From Chiloscyllium plagiosum (taxonomy: Eukaryota): 64,000 nucleotides of DNA. This document shows, in pieces, positions 1-12,483 of this stretch; within the stretch, counting starts at the first letter, position 1, and every line of letters begins with the position of its first letter. The notes under the pieces are model-generated. The model saw nothing but the letters and a program-made list of their open reading frames with translations. It made no database searches and was not told where the DNA came from. The stretch is taken from the NCBI RefSeq assembly GCF_004010195.1, contig NC_057752.1, positions 8,487,180 through 8,551,179 of the forward strand, in the 5' to 3' direction. Both the position numbers and the translations under genes were made by a program.

Positions 1-540
1 AGCTGTGGGTCTTGTACAGTTGGATTAAGGTTGGTGGCTACATCTGGTATGGGCACAAAGTATTGGCATTACATTTAATATAATCAAAAATTCTGTATTC
101 TAATATTTACACACAGTGAAAATGTATTTCTGATGCAACTTCACATTGCTCGATATCAAAATTGTTAAAGATAGATCGGTTTTATGTTTTAAATGGTACT
201 CTCAGTTCCCACCAAGTCTTTTTTTCTATGGGGGCAGGGGAAGAAAGAAATTTGAAGAATAGCTGAACATCCTGGTGGTGGAATATTTGCATGCATGAGA
301 GCTGGGATTTAAATCTCAGCAGATGAGATTGCTTCTCAACCACAAAACTGAAAGCCTACAGCAAATATCACATCTATACATTGACTACAGAAATGTCATT
401 TGGCTGAAATCTAAAAATTTTCAAAAATAAAAGGGAAAGAGAAAGAGAGACTGGGGTGTTGAATGTGACTAGAGATTGACAGGTTACATTACAAATAAGA
501 TATCCAACCATTTAAGCATGTTCATTAAACTGTAACTGAC

Positions 541-641
541 CTTCCTGTGCGCAGCAGTTCAGGACCACTGTGTCCCACTTGTGGCTCAGGTTCAACATGG
601 CAAGCATTACCGTTTGGGATGCCAGGCTGTTTCCGTTTCTC
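541..641 (-). CDS. SLC4A8: SLC4A8-like coding exon (101 nt; EKRKQPGIPNGNACHVEPEPQVGHSGPELLRTG+R)
   Basis: Not in the ORF track; read by hand. Acceptor acaatag, donor AAG|gtcagt. GHSGPELxRTGR precedes the SLC4 transmembrane domain; in frame with the previous exon. Confidence 0.9.
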
Positions 642-734
642 CTATTGTACATAACAGAAGTATGAGTTAGACTGATAGCACAGTGAATCATCTCCTGGTG
701 ACTATACGTATGGAGATAATCAATGCAGGCACTC

Positions 735-1234
735 NNNNNNNNNNNNNNNNNNNNNNNNNNNNNNNNNNNNNNNNNNNNNNNNNNNNNNNNNNNNNNNNNN
801 NNNNNNNNNNNNNNNNNNNNNNNNNNNNNNNNNNNNNNNNNNNNNNNNNNNNNNNNNNNNNNNNNNNNNNNNNNNNNNNNNNNNNNNNNNNNNNNNNNNN
901 NNNNNNNNNNNNNNNNNNNNNNNNNNNNNNNNNNNNNNNNNNNNNNNNNNNNNNNNNNNNNNNNNNNNNNNNNNNNNNNNNNNNNNNNNNNNNNNNNNNN
1001 NNNNNNNNNNNNNNNNNNNNNNNNNNNNNNNNNNNNNNNNNNNNNNNNNNNNNNNNNNNNNNNNNNNNNNNNNNNNNNNNNNNNNNNNNNNNNNNNNNNN
1101 NNNNNNNNNNNNNNNNNNNNNNNNNNNNNNNNNNNNNNNNNNNNNNNNNNNNNNNNNNNNNNNNNNNNNNNNNNNNNNNNNNNNNNNNNNNNNNNNNNNN
1201 NNNNNNNNNNNNNNNNNNNNNNNNNNNNNNNNNN
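735..1234. other. Assembly gap (N run)
   Basis: 500 Ns. Confidence 1.
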
Positions 1235-3530
1235 AGCAGAATGAGGCCATTTGGCTCATTGAGTCTGCTCTGCCATTTGATCATGGCTGATATATTTCTC
1301 AACACCATAACTCTTGATCCCCTTACTAATCAGAACCTATCTATATCTGTCTTAAATATACTCAATGACCTGGTCTCCACAACCTTCGGTGGCAATGAGT
1401 TCCACAGATTCACCACTCTCTGGCTGAAGAAATCCTTCTTCATATCAGTTCTAAAGAGTCATCCCTTTACTATGAAGCTATGCCCTTGGGTTCTAATCTT
1501 TCCTACTAGTGGAAACATCTTCATGTCCACTCTATCTAGGCTTTTCAGTATTCTGTATGTTTCAGTGAAATTCCCCTTTCATCCTTCTAAACTCTGTCAA
1601 GTACAGGCCCAGAGTCCTCAAACGCTCCTCATATGATAAGCCCCTCATTCCCGGGATCTTTCTTGGAAACTTCCTCTGGACCTGACCAAGGCCAGCATAT
1701 CCTCCTGAGGTGTGGGCCCAAAACTGCTCACAATATTCCAAATGTAGTCTGTCCAGAGCCTTATACAGCCTCAGCAGTACATCCCTGTTCTTGTTTACTA
1801 GCCCTCTTGAAATGAATTACATTACATTTGCCTTCCTAACTGCCAACTGAACCTGCATGTTAACTTTAAGAGAATCCTGAATTAGGACTCCCAAGTCCCT
1901 TTGTGCTTCAGATTTCTGAAGCCTTTTGCCATTTAGAAAATAGTCCACACCTCTGTTCTTAATACCAGAGTGCATAGCCTCACACTTTGCCACATTGTAT
2001 TCCATCTGCTTCTTTTTTGCCCATTCTCTGAGCCTGCCTCAGACCTTCTGCAGCCTCCCTGCCTCCTCAAAATTACCTCTCCCTCCAATTTCTTTGTGTC
2101 ACCTGCAAACTTAGCAACAACGCCTTTAGTTTTTTCATCCAGATCATTAATATATAACGTGAATAGTTGTGGTCCCAACACTGACCCCTGTGGAACTGCA
2201 CTAGGATTCACTGGCTGCCATCCTGAAAAAGACCCCTTTCTGCCCACACTCTGCCTTCTGTCAGCCAGCCAATTCTCTATCCATGTCAGTTCCTTGCTCC
2301 TAACACCATGGGCTCATATCCTATTTAGCAGCCTTTGTGCAGCCTTGTCAAAGGCCTTCTGGAAATCAAATAGGTATATCCACCTGTTCTCCTTTGTCTA
2401 ACATGCTTGTTAGAACCTCAAAGAATTCTAACAGATTTGTCAGGTATGACCACCTCACCCCCCCCCCCCCCAATCCGCCCCCCCCTTGATGAAGCCATGC
2501 TGACTTAGCCATATTATACCATGCACTTGATATCTCATCCTTGATAACAGACTCTAAAGTTTTAGCAATGACCAAGGTCAGGCTAACTAGCCTATAATTT
2601 CCCATCTTCTGTCTCCCTTCTTAAACAGGATGTTACATTAACCACTTTCCAGTCCTCTGGTATTGTCTATGACTCCAGTGATTCCTGAAAGTTTACCAAT
2701 GCCTCTGCAATCTCCCTAGCTATCTCCTTCTGAATTCTGGGGCAGAGTCTTTCTAGTCCAAGTGAGTTCTTTACCTTCAGACCTTTCAGCTTCCCCAGCA
2801 CCTTCTCCTTAGTAATGGTCACCACTGCTCTGCCCCTGTCTCTTTTGAAGTTCTGGTATGCTACTGGTGTCTTCCACTGTAAATACTGATACAATTAATG
2901 ATATCTATTAAGTTCGTTTGCCATTTCTTTGTTCCCCATTAATATTCTCCAACCTCATTTTCCTCTTGCTTACTTTTCATATGTTAAAAAAACTCTTTCA
3001 ATCTTCTTTTATAAGACTAGCTAGGTCTCATATTTCATCTTCTCCCCCGTTATTGCTTTTTTCGTTATCCTCTGTTGATATTAAAGGCTTCCAAAACCTT
3101 TGGCTTCCCACTAATCTTCACCACATTGTATGCTTTTTCCTTTTGCTTTTATGCTGTCCTGAACTTCCCTTGTCAGCCATGATTGCCTTGTCCTTCTCTT
3201 AGTACGCGTCTTCTTCCTTGGGATGAATTTTCGCTATGCCTCCTGAATTGCCCCCAGAAACTCCTGCCATTGCTGCTCCACTGTCTCTTCCCTGCTAGGC
3301 TCTCCTTCCAATGACCTCTGTCATGTCTCTGTGGTTACCTTTACTCAATTGTAATACAGATACATCTGATTCCAGCTTCTCCCTCTCAAACTGCAGGATA
3401 AATTTTATCATGGTCAATGCCCCTTAGGTGTTCCTTCACCTTTAGCTCCCTAATCAAGTATGCCTCATTACACATCACCAAATCTAGAATTGCCTGTTCC
3501 CTAATGGGCTGTACCATAAACTGCTCCAAC
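1235..3530 (-). mobile_element. CR1-type LINE, degraded ORF2 (RT and 3' end)
   Basis: Fragments [35 protein letters not shown] and LTNLLEFFE, with many frameshifts. Confidence 0.9.
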
Positions 3531-4990
3531 GTTTGGACAAACGTTTGGTAGAACCCGCATATTCTTAAGAATCTTAAGATTTCCTGCTTGTTGTGGTAAT
3601 GAGGAACTGTGCTGCTACTTCTATTTTTGTGGCCCTGGGCTGTATTTGTCCTCAACTCACTATGTGTCCGTGATAGGTCACCTTGATCCGAGCAAACTCC
3701 TTATGAGATTGACCATGAGGTCAACTAAGTGTATTTTCCAGAAGAGGGATTCCAGTTGGTCAAAGTACGTTTCCCAGGTATCACTGTGCACTAAGTCATC
3801 TGGGTACACTACAAAATTAGATAAACCTGCCACTATCTGGGTCATTAGCCTTTGAAAGGTGATTGGGAATTTGCCAGTACAAATGGCAAGACCTGACACT
3901 TGCAGAAACCACCTGGAGTAACGAAGGCAGAGATTTTCTTTGTGCGAATGTCAAAGGAACTTGTCGGTACCCCTTGAATAAATGCATCTAGGTAATGTAG
4001 GCTACTTTATCTATCCTTTCTGTGCAATCTTCCAGCCAGCATATTGGGTATGCGTTGGCTCTGAATACTGCATTAATTTTCAGTAGTCAATGCAGGACCT
4101 TGGATAGCCATCCAGCTTGGCCACAAATACAACTGAGGAGCTCAAGCTACTGCAGCTGTGCTCCATTAGTTGGTGCTCCAGTATGTTGTTAATCTCCTCT
4201 GGGCCAGTTTTTCTGGGTCTAACCAACAGTAATGTTAATTTATGGGAGAGACCTTTTCCATATCCACATCATGTAGAGCTAGAGTGGTGCAGCCTGACTT
4301 GTCTCTCCATTAAGCCAAGTTAGGTCTGCTTACTTCTCTGCACTTAGATGAGCATAAAAGGACTCTAAGTTTGCTCGTATTTTGTATTGGTTAACCAAAT
4401 AGTAGTGGGTTCAAATGGACCCACCTCTCCCTCTAATTCATCCTTGCCATTACTTTCATCCTCGAGGTTAATGGCATTGGGATAGACACCTACGTGTCTC
4501 CTTCTTGGCAGTGGTATTGCTTTTTCCATTATCTGGGGTTATTTTCACATATTACAATCACAATCACACAGATAATTCACATTTACCTGAGCTTCTCAAC
4601 TACTCTATATGGGCCATTGAACCAGACCTTCAAGGGTTCACTTGCTGTTGGTAGGTGTACCAACACAGCATCCTGGCTAAAAGGTTTGGGTTTTTCAGTT
4701 TTTTCATGTCATTCCCTTTCTCTTCAGATTCTTTTGCTCCCTTTATTTCCTGTTTCACTCTTGTTCCAGTCAGTTTCCTTTCTCTCTTTTTTTTGGCTTC
4801 TCCTCTATCTTGTTCACTTTCATTTCTTCTCTTTCTCCTATTCCCCATCTTCTCCCCTTCTCACATTCTCTTTCTCCACTCTCTCACTCTCATGTTCTCT
4901 TTTTCTGCTTTCTCAATTTCTGGTACGCCAAGAACGATGTAGGTCTCTCCTGGTGTTATCCTACCCAATTACGTGTCCTACTGCTGCTTT
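3530..4990 (-). mobile_element. Degraded Gypsy-type LTR retrotransposon internal fragment, probably Gmr1-like order (integrase C-terminus upstream of RT)
   Basis: Integrase C-terminal motif VLVHLPTASEPLKVWFNGPYRVVEKL at ~4590-4665 lies upstream of RT remnants (TFQRLMTQIV...VVYPDDL; RFLRICGFYQTFV). Confidence 0.6.
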
Positions 4991-5491
4991 CTCCACCACT
5001 TCTTGGGTGGAGAAATTCCTATTCTAGGGATCACTAATGTTGACTGTGAGTATAGTATCAGGTGTCATTAAAAACCCATCAATTCACAAGTGTCCTTTCG
5101 AGAAGGAAATCTGTCATCCTTACCTGGTCTGGAATACATGTGACTCCAAACCCACTGCAATATGGTTGACTATTAACTGCCCTCTGAAATGGCCTGGCAA
5201 GCATTCAGTTTTAGGGCAAATGAGGATGGGCAAGAAAAGCTAGTCTTGCAAATGACATTCATATTTGAAAAAAGAAATAATTTAAAAAGTAATCTTATAT
5301 TTTAAAATTAATTCAAAGGTAAGTGTTTTCTCACTCCCTCTTCAATGGGTCACTTCTGCTCACTATGTCCCAATGTTGTTATAGCACTGTGGTTATTAGC
5401 AAAATTTGCTAGTGCCATATATTGCCAGCAGAACCAATGTCTATGAATAGCTTCTTAAAGGATTTCAGTGATAGCAGGGGAAAAGGCATAC

Positions 5492-5638
5492 CTGAGATGG
5501 AACATTTTTTGGTGGCTCAATTCGAATGGAAGGGTCCCATTCACCCGGGGGAAGAACAGTCACCTGATCAAGAAATTCATCAATCCCAGCAAGTAGGTCA
5601 CTCCGATCCTTGGCTTTGTAAGCAACATCATGAAAAAT
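5492..5638 (-). CDS. SLC4A8: SLC4A8-like coding exon (147 nt; [49 protein letters not shown])
   Basis: Acceptor cctccatttcag, donor CAG|gtatgc, phase 0/0. Contains the hallmark SLC4 motif [16 protein letters not shown]. Confidence 0.95.
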
Positions 5639-5933
5639 CTGAAATGGAGGCAGAACAATGATTTTTCCCTTGGCCTTCTGAAGAAACAATATAACTTGTG
5701 CCACTTTGCATTTTCCCACAGCCCTGTAAATGGTTTCTCTTCAGATAATAGTCCAATTCTCTTTTGAAAGTCACAACTTAATCTGCCTTCAATACACACT
5801 GAGGCAGTGCATTCCAGATCCTAACCACTCAATGTGTAAAGGATTTTCCTTATGTTGCCATTGCTTCTTTCACTAATTACTTTAAATCTGTTCTGTCTGG
5901 CTCTCATCATTCCATAATAGTTTCATGGTGGTA

Positions 5934-5965
5934 GTTAGACTGAAGATCCAAAGGTCCTAGGTTGA
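5934..5965 (+). pseudogene. tRNA-Phe(GAA)-like remnant (anticodon arm to T-loop only)
   Basis: GTTAGACTGAAGATCCAAAGGTCCTAGGTTGA resembles the vertebrate tRNA-Phe core GTTAGACTGAAGATCTAAAGGTCCCTGGTTCGA; no acceptor stem. Confidence 0.5.
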
Positions 5966-7154
5966 CAAAACATGCAGGATGTTTCCATTTCAGTGTTTCG
6001 TTAGGGCTCTTGTGGCACAATGATAGTATCTTTTTCTCTGGGCCAGGAGGCCTAGGTTAAATCACACCTGCTCAAGAGTTATGTAATAACATCTCTGAAC
6101 AGGTTGATTAGAAAACATCAACTCTGTCCTGACCCTTTACGATTTCAAATAACTCTGTCAAATCTCTAAAATGTTCTATTCTCTAAGGAGAATAACCTCT
6201 GCAATCTTTATATATAGCTGAAGTTCATGATCCCTGTAACAAGTATGGACTATGCAAGAGTATAGGGAGGGTGAAGGAAATTTTAAGAATTACTCTTGAG
6301 TCATACAAAAAATGATTACAGTTGTTCAATGAATTGAGAGCCAACATTTTCTGGATTATTGATAATTATGTTTTATGTGTTTCAACTGACCCCAATATCA
6401 AAAGAAAAATCACAGTGTGACAATAGTATGGCTTTAAGAGGTGTATTTTGTCCTGGTTCTTTTTTTGTGATGAAAGGTTCAGATAGAGGTGCCAAGAGAT
6501 CTGTTCCAAGCCAATAAAGTAAACAGCTTGTGAGGCCTTGTTGTTTTATTAAAGTTGGGATAGAAGCAGCCTGAATAGATGTGTATTAGAGAATAAGACT
6601 AAGAGTTTTAAACTGAAGCCATCTTTGTATATTGATCATTCACTTTTTTTTAAAGAGGGAGGTTAAAATGGTTATTTTCTCTTGGTTTTATTTTTGAAGA
6701 GAGGTCATAAGGCAGAGGCACAAAGCAGTCTACCTGAACCACTAAAGTAAACAACATGTGAGGCCTTAGATCTTTTTTAAAAGAATTGGAAAAATGGAAA
6801 CAGCCTGAATGGGTGTCGTCAGCTCTCACAGACCAGTATTTCTAGTTTCTTTTAGCTGTAGCAGTCAGAAGCTGTTTGAGTCTCAGAAGAGCTGGGAGCT
6901 TCAGTGAATGATTCCTAGCTGCTACTTTCTCTGGAATTTCTCTTGATGTTTTTTCCCTCCTGGATTGGAGAACTGCATGTAAGAATCCATGTCTGAGTTT
7001 ACCTTTCTGCCAAGAGGTGTTGTTACAGGATGTTACTTGAAATGATGGTACAAAAGCCGGTATTCCATCACCAAGTCACCCTTGTGTACAGTATACTGGC
7101 TGTGTGGGCAGCCAGCACAGAGTCAGTCCCCTGAACTGCGGAATCTCCTGGTTA

Positions 7155-8056
7155 CATTTTTTTTTCTCTTTACCCCCACACTACTGCCTAACTGTGGTAG
7201 TGCTTATATCTTCCCCATCACCCAAGCTATGTGTGTGCAAGTGTGAGACACAGTGAAAGAATACAGGTATATAAATCTTTATTCAATTTCTACCACCAGG
7301 AAAAAAGGAAACACCCAAGTGGCCAGTGACAAGCAGTGCCCTTCTCAGAGGGCAATGCTGTGTGATCAAACAGTGAAGGGGAGGGCAGGGATCAAATCAA
7401 AATAGAATTGGAGAGGGAAATAATGCACTCCACTCCCTGCGGTGCCCACTTTTCCCTGAAAATCTCGAGGGTGTTGGTGGATACCGTGTGCTCCTTCTCC
7501 AGGGACACCCGGGAAATCTCCTGTTTATATATATATATATTTTTTCTTTTTTTTTGTGTCTGCAGGTGTGAGACACAGTGAGAGACACAAAGTATACGAA
7601 TCTTTATTCAATTTCCACCACCAGGAAGATAGGAAACACCCGGGTGGCCAGTGACAAGCACTGCCCTACACAAAAGGCAATGCTGTGTGATCAAACAGTG
7701 AAGGGGAGGGCAGGGATCAAATCAAAATAGAGTTGGAGAGGGAAATAATGCACTCCACTCTCTGCGGTGCCCACTTTTCCCTGAAAATCTCGAGGGTGTT
7801 GGTGGATACTGCATGCTCCTTCTCCAGGGACACCCGGGAAATCTCCTGTTTATATATATATATATTTTTTCTTTTTTTTTGTGTCTGCAGGTGTGAGACA
7901 CAGTGAGAGACACAAAGTATACGAATCTTTATTCAATTTCCACCACCAGGAAGATAGGAAACACCCGGGTGGCCAGTGACAAGCACTGCCCTACACAAAA
8001 GGCAATGCTGTGTGATCAAACAGTGAAGGGGAGGGCAGGGATCAAATCAAAATAGA
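7155..8056 (-). repeat. ~325-bp tandem array of Tx1/L1-clade LINE 3' ends, running into a gap
   Basis: Near-identical ORFs at 7397 and 7722 (offset 325). The unit is the reverse complement of the 3' end of the element at 30268-30956; units are separated by (TA)n and poly-T. Confidence 0.85.
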
Positions 8057-8991
8057 NNNNNNNNNNNNNNNNNNNNNNNNNNNNNNNNNNNNNNNNNNNN
8101 NNNNNNNNNNNNNNNNNNNNNNNNNNNNNNNNNNNNNNNNNNNNNNNNNNNNNNNNNNNNNNNNNNNNNNNNNNNNNNNNNNNNNNNNNNNNNNNNNNNN
8201 NNNNNNNNNNNNNNNNNNNNNNNNNNNNNNNNNNNNNNNNNNNNNNNNNNNNNNNNNNNNNNNNNNNNNNNNNNNNNNNNNNNNNNNNNNNNNNNNNNNN
8301 NNNNNNNNNNNNNNNNNNNNNNNNNNNNNNNNNNNNNNNNNNNNNNNNNNNNNNNNNNNNNNNNNNNNNNNNNNNNNNNNNNNNNNNNNNNNNNNNNNNN
8401 NNNNNNNNNNNNNNNNNNNNNNNNNNNNNNNNNNNNNNNNNNNNNNNNNNNNNNNNNNNNNNNNNNNNNNNNNNNNNNNNNNNNNNNNNNNNNNNNNNNN
8501 NNNNNNNNNNNNNNNNNNNNNNNNNNNNNNNNNNNNNNNNNNNNNNNNNNNNNNNNNNNNNNNNNNNNNNNNNNNNNNNNNNNNNNNNNNNNNNNNNNNN
8601 NNNNNNNNNNNNNNNNNNNNNNNNNNNNNNNNNNNNNNNNNNNNNNNNNNNNNNNNNNNNNNNNNNNNNNNNNNNNNNNNNNNNNNNNNNNNNNNNNNNN
8701 NNNNNNNNNNNNNNNNNNNNNNNNNNNNNNNNNNNNNNNNNNNNNNNNNNNNNNNNNNNNNNNNNNNNNNNNNNNNNNNNNNNNNNNNNNNNNNNNNNNN
8801 NNNNNNNNNNNNNNNNNNNNNNNNNNNNNNNNNNNNNNNNNNNNNNNNNNNNNNNNNNNNNNNNNNNNNNNNNNNNNNNNNNNNNNNNNNNNNNNNNNNN
8901 NNNNNNNNNNNNNNNNNNNNNNNNNNNNNNNNNNNNNNNNNNNNNNNNNNNNNNNNNNNNNNNNNNNNNNNNNNNNNNNNNNNNNNNNNNN
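8057..8991. other. Assembly gap (N run)
   Basis: Ns. Confidence 1.
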
Positions 8992-9743
8992 GGCATGCCG
9001 TTTCACCCTTCACCTCCCCACCATGTCTGGGAATATCCGAGTCTTCTCCTCATCAGCAACTCTGCTGGAGCTGTCCCTGTTGTTGTGTGCAGGATGGTCA
9101 TATATCTGAACAGGAACCGAGACAATTTGGCATCGAGGGACACTGTGGGCTGTTTCTTTAAGCCTATCTGCAATGTTTGGACTGCTATTTCTTTGAGATC
9201 ATTGGACGATGGATGGTATGGAGTTGTCCTTACGTACTGGATGATATTTGACTTTAGGAAATATTCAAATTCTCTGCTGGTAGATGACGTCCCATTGTCC
9301 GTGACCAATACCTCTGGGAGACTGTGTATCATGAACGATGCCCGCAACTTCTCAATCGTCATCCCCGAGTTTGCTGAATGGACTTTATGCACATCCAACC
9401 ACTTTGAGCGGGTGTCCATAATGACCAGGAACATTGAGCCCATGAAAGGATCAGCTTTGTCAACATGCAGCTGAGTTCAGGGTTTACCCAGCCATTCCCA
9501 CGCATGTGGTGGGGGGGGCCACTGATGGTAACTTTTGTCCTTGTTGGCACTCTGGGCACTGCCCCACCAATGCAGCTAAGTCGGCATCCAATCCTGGCCC
9601 CAGACATAGCTTCTTGCTAGCATCTTCATTTTGGAAACCCTGGATGACGTTGGTGGAGTTCTGCTAGTTTCTGGTAGTGACCTTTACTCAGGACAATCAC
9701 CCTTGCTCCCCACAGTAATATGCTTCCCTCTACGGTGATCTAG

Positions 9744-9930
9744 CGCAGCAGGTCAGGCAGCATCCAAGGAACAGGAGAATCGACGTTTCGGGCATAAGCC
9801 CTTCTTCAGGAAGAAGGGCTTATGCCCGAAACGTCGATTCTCCTGTTTCTTGGATGCTGCCTGACCTGCTGCGCTTTTCCAGCAACACATTTGCAGCTCT
9901 GATCTCCAGCATCTGCAGCCCTCACTTTCT
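9744..9930. mobile_element. Mini Penelope-like insertion (inverted pLTR hairpin) with 17-bp TSD
   Basis: TSD cctctacggtgatctag at 9727-9743 and 9931-9947; ~66-bp inverted arms at 9742-9807 and 9810-9875; related to the PLE end at ~22620-22740. Confidence 0.85.
9779..9812 (-). ncRNA. Minimal hammerhead ribozyme motif (PLE type)
   Basis: CUGAAGA-A-GGGC-UUAU-GCCC-GAAAC-GUC on the minus strand: both catalytic boxes, a 4-bp stem II and a GUC triplet. Confidence 0.7.
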
Positions 9931-12395
9931 CCTCTACGGTGATCTAGTCTTGCCTGGTCCAGAAAGGTTTCAATCCGGGTTGTGATGGCCCTTCTGTTTC
10001 CCCCATTACCACCAGCTGTTTTAGTTACACTAGGACAGGATCTTTGTGTCTGCAGTTAGATATTGCCAATGGTCTCTGAGTTTATCACCAAAACTGACTC
10101 TTCTGGGGAAGGTACCAACAGTGGAATACCTGCCAGTGGGAGGCAGCTCAAGGCATCTGCATTAGCCACTTGGCTTCCTGGACGGTGTTCCAGTTTGTAC
10201 TTTTACGTGCTGAGAATAAGGGCCCACGGCCGAATTCTCCCGGAGGTTACGGGCAGCACCGCCATGTCTTCCTTCAGTAGCCCTAGCAAGAGTTTGTAAT
10301 CTGTCACTATGACAAATTCCTTTCCATAAAGGTATTGGTGGAACTTCCTCACACCAAAGATGACTGCCAAACCTTCCTTCTCTATCTGGGCATATTTACG
10401 TTCTGTATCAGCCAAAGTCTGGGAAGCATATGCTATCGGGTGTTCCTCTCTGTTGGGCCAGCAGTGAGCCAACACTACCCTGATACCAAACGGGGAGGCA
10501 TCACATGTCAGCACCACCTCTCACTTTGGATTGTCGTGAACCAACAGCTTAGATGACAATTGCTGCTTTTTCACATCCCTAAAGGCTACTTCTTGGCTAC
10601 GCGACCATTTCCAAGGCTGACCCTTTTTCAATAGGTGTAAGGGTGCCCAACTTACATCTGAATTTTCTGTAATAATTCATGAACTCAAGGAATGATCTAA
10701 GCTCTGGCACAGAAGTGGGAACTGGAGCTCCATTGATCACCCTCACTTCATGCTCCAATGGGTGTAACTCAGTTTTGTCAATCCTATAACCCAAGTAAGT
10801 CACTTGAGGCACCTGGAACACACATTTTTCCCTTCTAAGGCGCATAGTAGCTTGGGAGAAATGTTTAAGCAGTATGTCCAAGTGCTCTTTATTGGTCTTC
10901 CCTGTTATTTGTATGTCATCCAGATAAACGGCAACCTGGTGTAGCCCTTGTAAAATGTTCTCCATGGTCCACTGGAAAACGGGTGCAGGCTGATGATACC
11001 CCAAATGGCAGTCTTGTATATTGATATAAACCCTTCTGGGTATTAATTGTAGCGTACCTCTGGAACTCCTCATCCAATTGCAATTGCAGGTAGGTATGGC
11101 TCATGTCCAGCTTCTTGAAGGACACCCCCCCCGGCCAACTTTGCGTACCAATCCTCTATGTGAGGGATTGGATATTTATCCAGCTGTGAGAAGTCGTTTA
11201 CCATTTGCTTAAAATCCCCACAAAGGCGACCTCAGTGGCCAGGCTTCACAATCAGTACGGCCGGTGCTGCCCATTCTGCAAACTGAGCTGGTTTAATAAT
11301 TCCTTCGCTCTCCAGCCTCCTGATTTCCACCTCTACTTTTATACACAAGGCAAATGGCACCGGGAAGACCTTGCAAAATCTCAGAATTGCTTCCTGCAAA
11401 CGTGTAAAATGGCTTTGGCCCCTTTGTTAGTCCCAAACCCTTCCTGAAATACCCCTGGGTATTTCACTAGGTCTTCACTGAGGCAGCCATTTTCTGGTCA
11501 AATAATGTTAGGCCAATCCAGGTGAATCTTTCTCACCTAATTCCACCCCAATAGGCTTTGGCCCAAGCCTTTTACTACCATCAGTGGTAACTGCACCAAC
11601 TGCTTCTCATAGAAGACTGGAACCAAAGGCATACCCTTAATCTGTAAAGGTTCCCAATGTAAGTTCTCAGTCTGGCTGAGGTCTTGTGCAAACTTAAGGG
11701 TTGGAGTCCCAAGCGAACCTTGTTAAAGACCGATTCTGCAACCACAGATACAGCTGTGTTGGTATCCCCCTCCATGGGAACTGGGTGACCATTTAACCAA
11801 ACATTCACTTTAATCAGTTCTGATGTGGATGTCAGTAAGCAATTTAATTGTCCCAACCCACATGCAGGGTGATTTTCCAGGGTGTGCACTCTCCCTTCTT
11901 AAAATATTTTCAGGGGGGTCTGGTCTGGTCCATAACATTCTGAAGAGTCATTTCAGACTCAAAACATTAACTCTGTTTCTCTCTCCACAGATGCTGCCAG
12001 ACCTGCTGAGTTTCTCCAGCATTTTCTGCATTTTTTGCAGATTTCCAGCATCTGCAGTACTTGCTTTTAACAAGTTGAGATATATTGATATATTCAAAGT
12101 ATGTGAAATTAAATTATATCACATTAATTCTGGCTGGTGGACTAATACTCAATGAAGCATTTATTAGCTGGAGGTGCAATTTCTACCTTTTACCCTGAAG
12201 GAAATTCTGCCTCAAATTGCTGCCAGCCAATCTGACTGGCCAACTGCTCTGTAGTTCCAGCAGTGCCCTCATGATCACTGGCCAGTGTTGAGACTAGAAG
12301 CATGGAAGTATGTATGGGACAGGGATTGAAGGGGAGGTCTGGTGTGGTGAGGGAAGAGTGGAGAAGGGTGAAGAGGGTTCTGAGCAGGAACTTAC

Positions 12396-12483
12396 TTCAT
12401 CAGTCATTATAGTGGCCATAGACCTGCCAATCTCATGGTATTGTTGAGCTTTGCCAACCGGTCCCAGCAAAATGAAAAGAAAT
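12396..12483 (-). CDS. SLC4A8: SLC4A8-like coding exon (88 nt; (R)[29 protein letters not shown])
   Basis: Acceptor ttctctttcttgcag, donor GAA|gtaagt. The peptide [23 protein letters not shown] is characteristic of SLC4A8. Confidence 0.93.

Larger units (their letters stand above)
8992..11890 (-). mobile_element. Degraded Gypsy (Metaviridae) pol: protease-RT-RNase H-integrase
   Basis: Protease-like DTNTAVSV; RT VAVYLDD; RNase H CDASPFGIRVVL...YAQIEKEGLAVIFGVRKFHQYLYG; integrase LVTDNGTS...PYHPSSN. Confidence 0.9.

Noticed and set aside
683..1636. Long ORFs at 683-1636, 8016-9013 and 43893-44953
   Set aside because: They are artefacts of translating through N gaps.
2455..2486. Poly-C/G tracts (also ~27193, ~57306 and ~61710) as functional G-quadruplexes
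   Set aside because: They are homopolymer expansions inside decayed TEs with no independent support.
4690..4920. Lys/Glu/Arg-rich or Phe/Ser/Leu-rich ORFs
   Set aside because: Low-complexity purine/pyrimidine tract, probably part of the retroelement gag region; no evidence of a host exon.
5934..5965. Functional tRNA-Phe gene
   Set aside because: Only ~32 nt match; no acceptor stem or D-arm.
7155..8056. CRISPR-like or other prokaryotic repeat array (also 46774-47048)
   Set aside because: Long units without unique spacers, derived from LINE ends, in a vertebrate intron.
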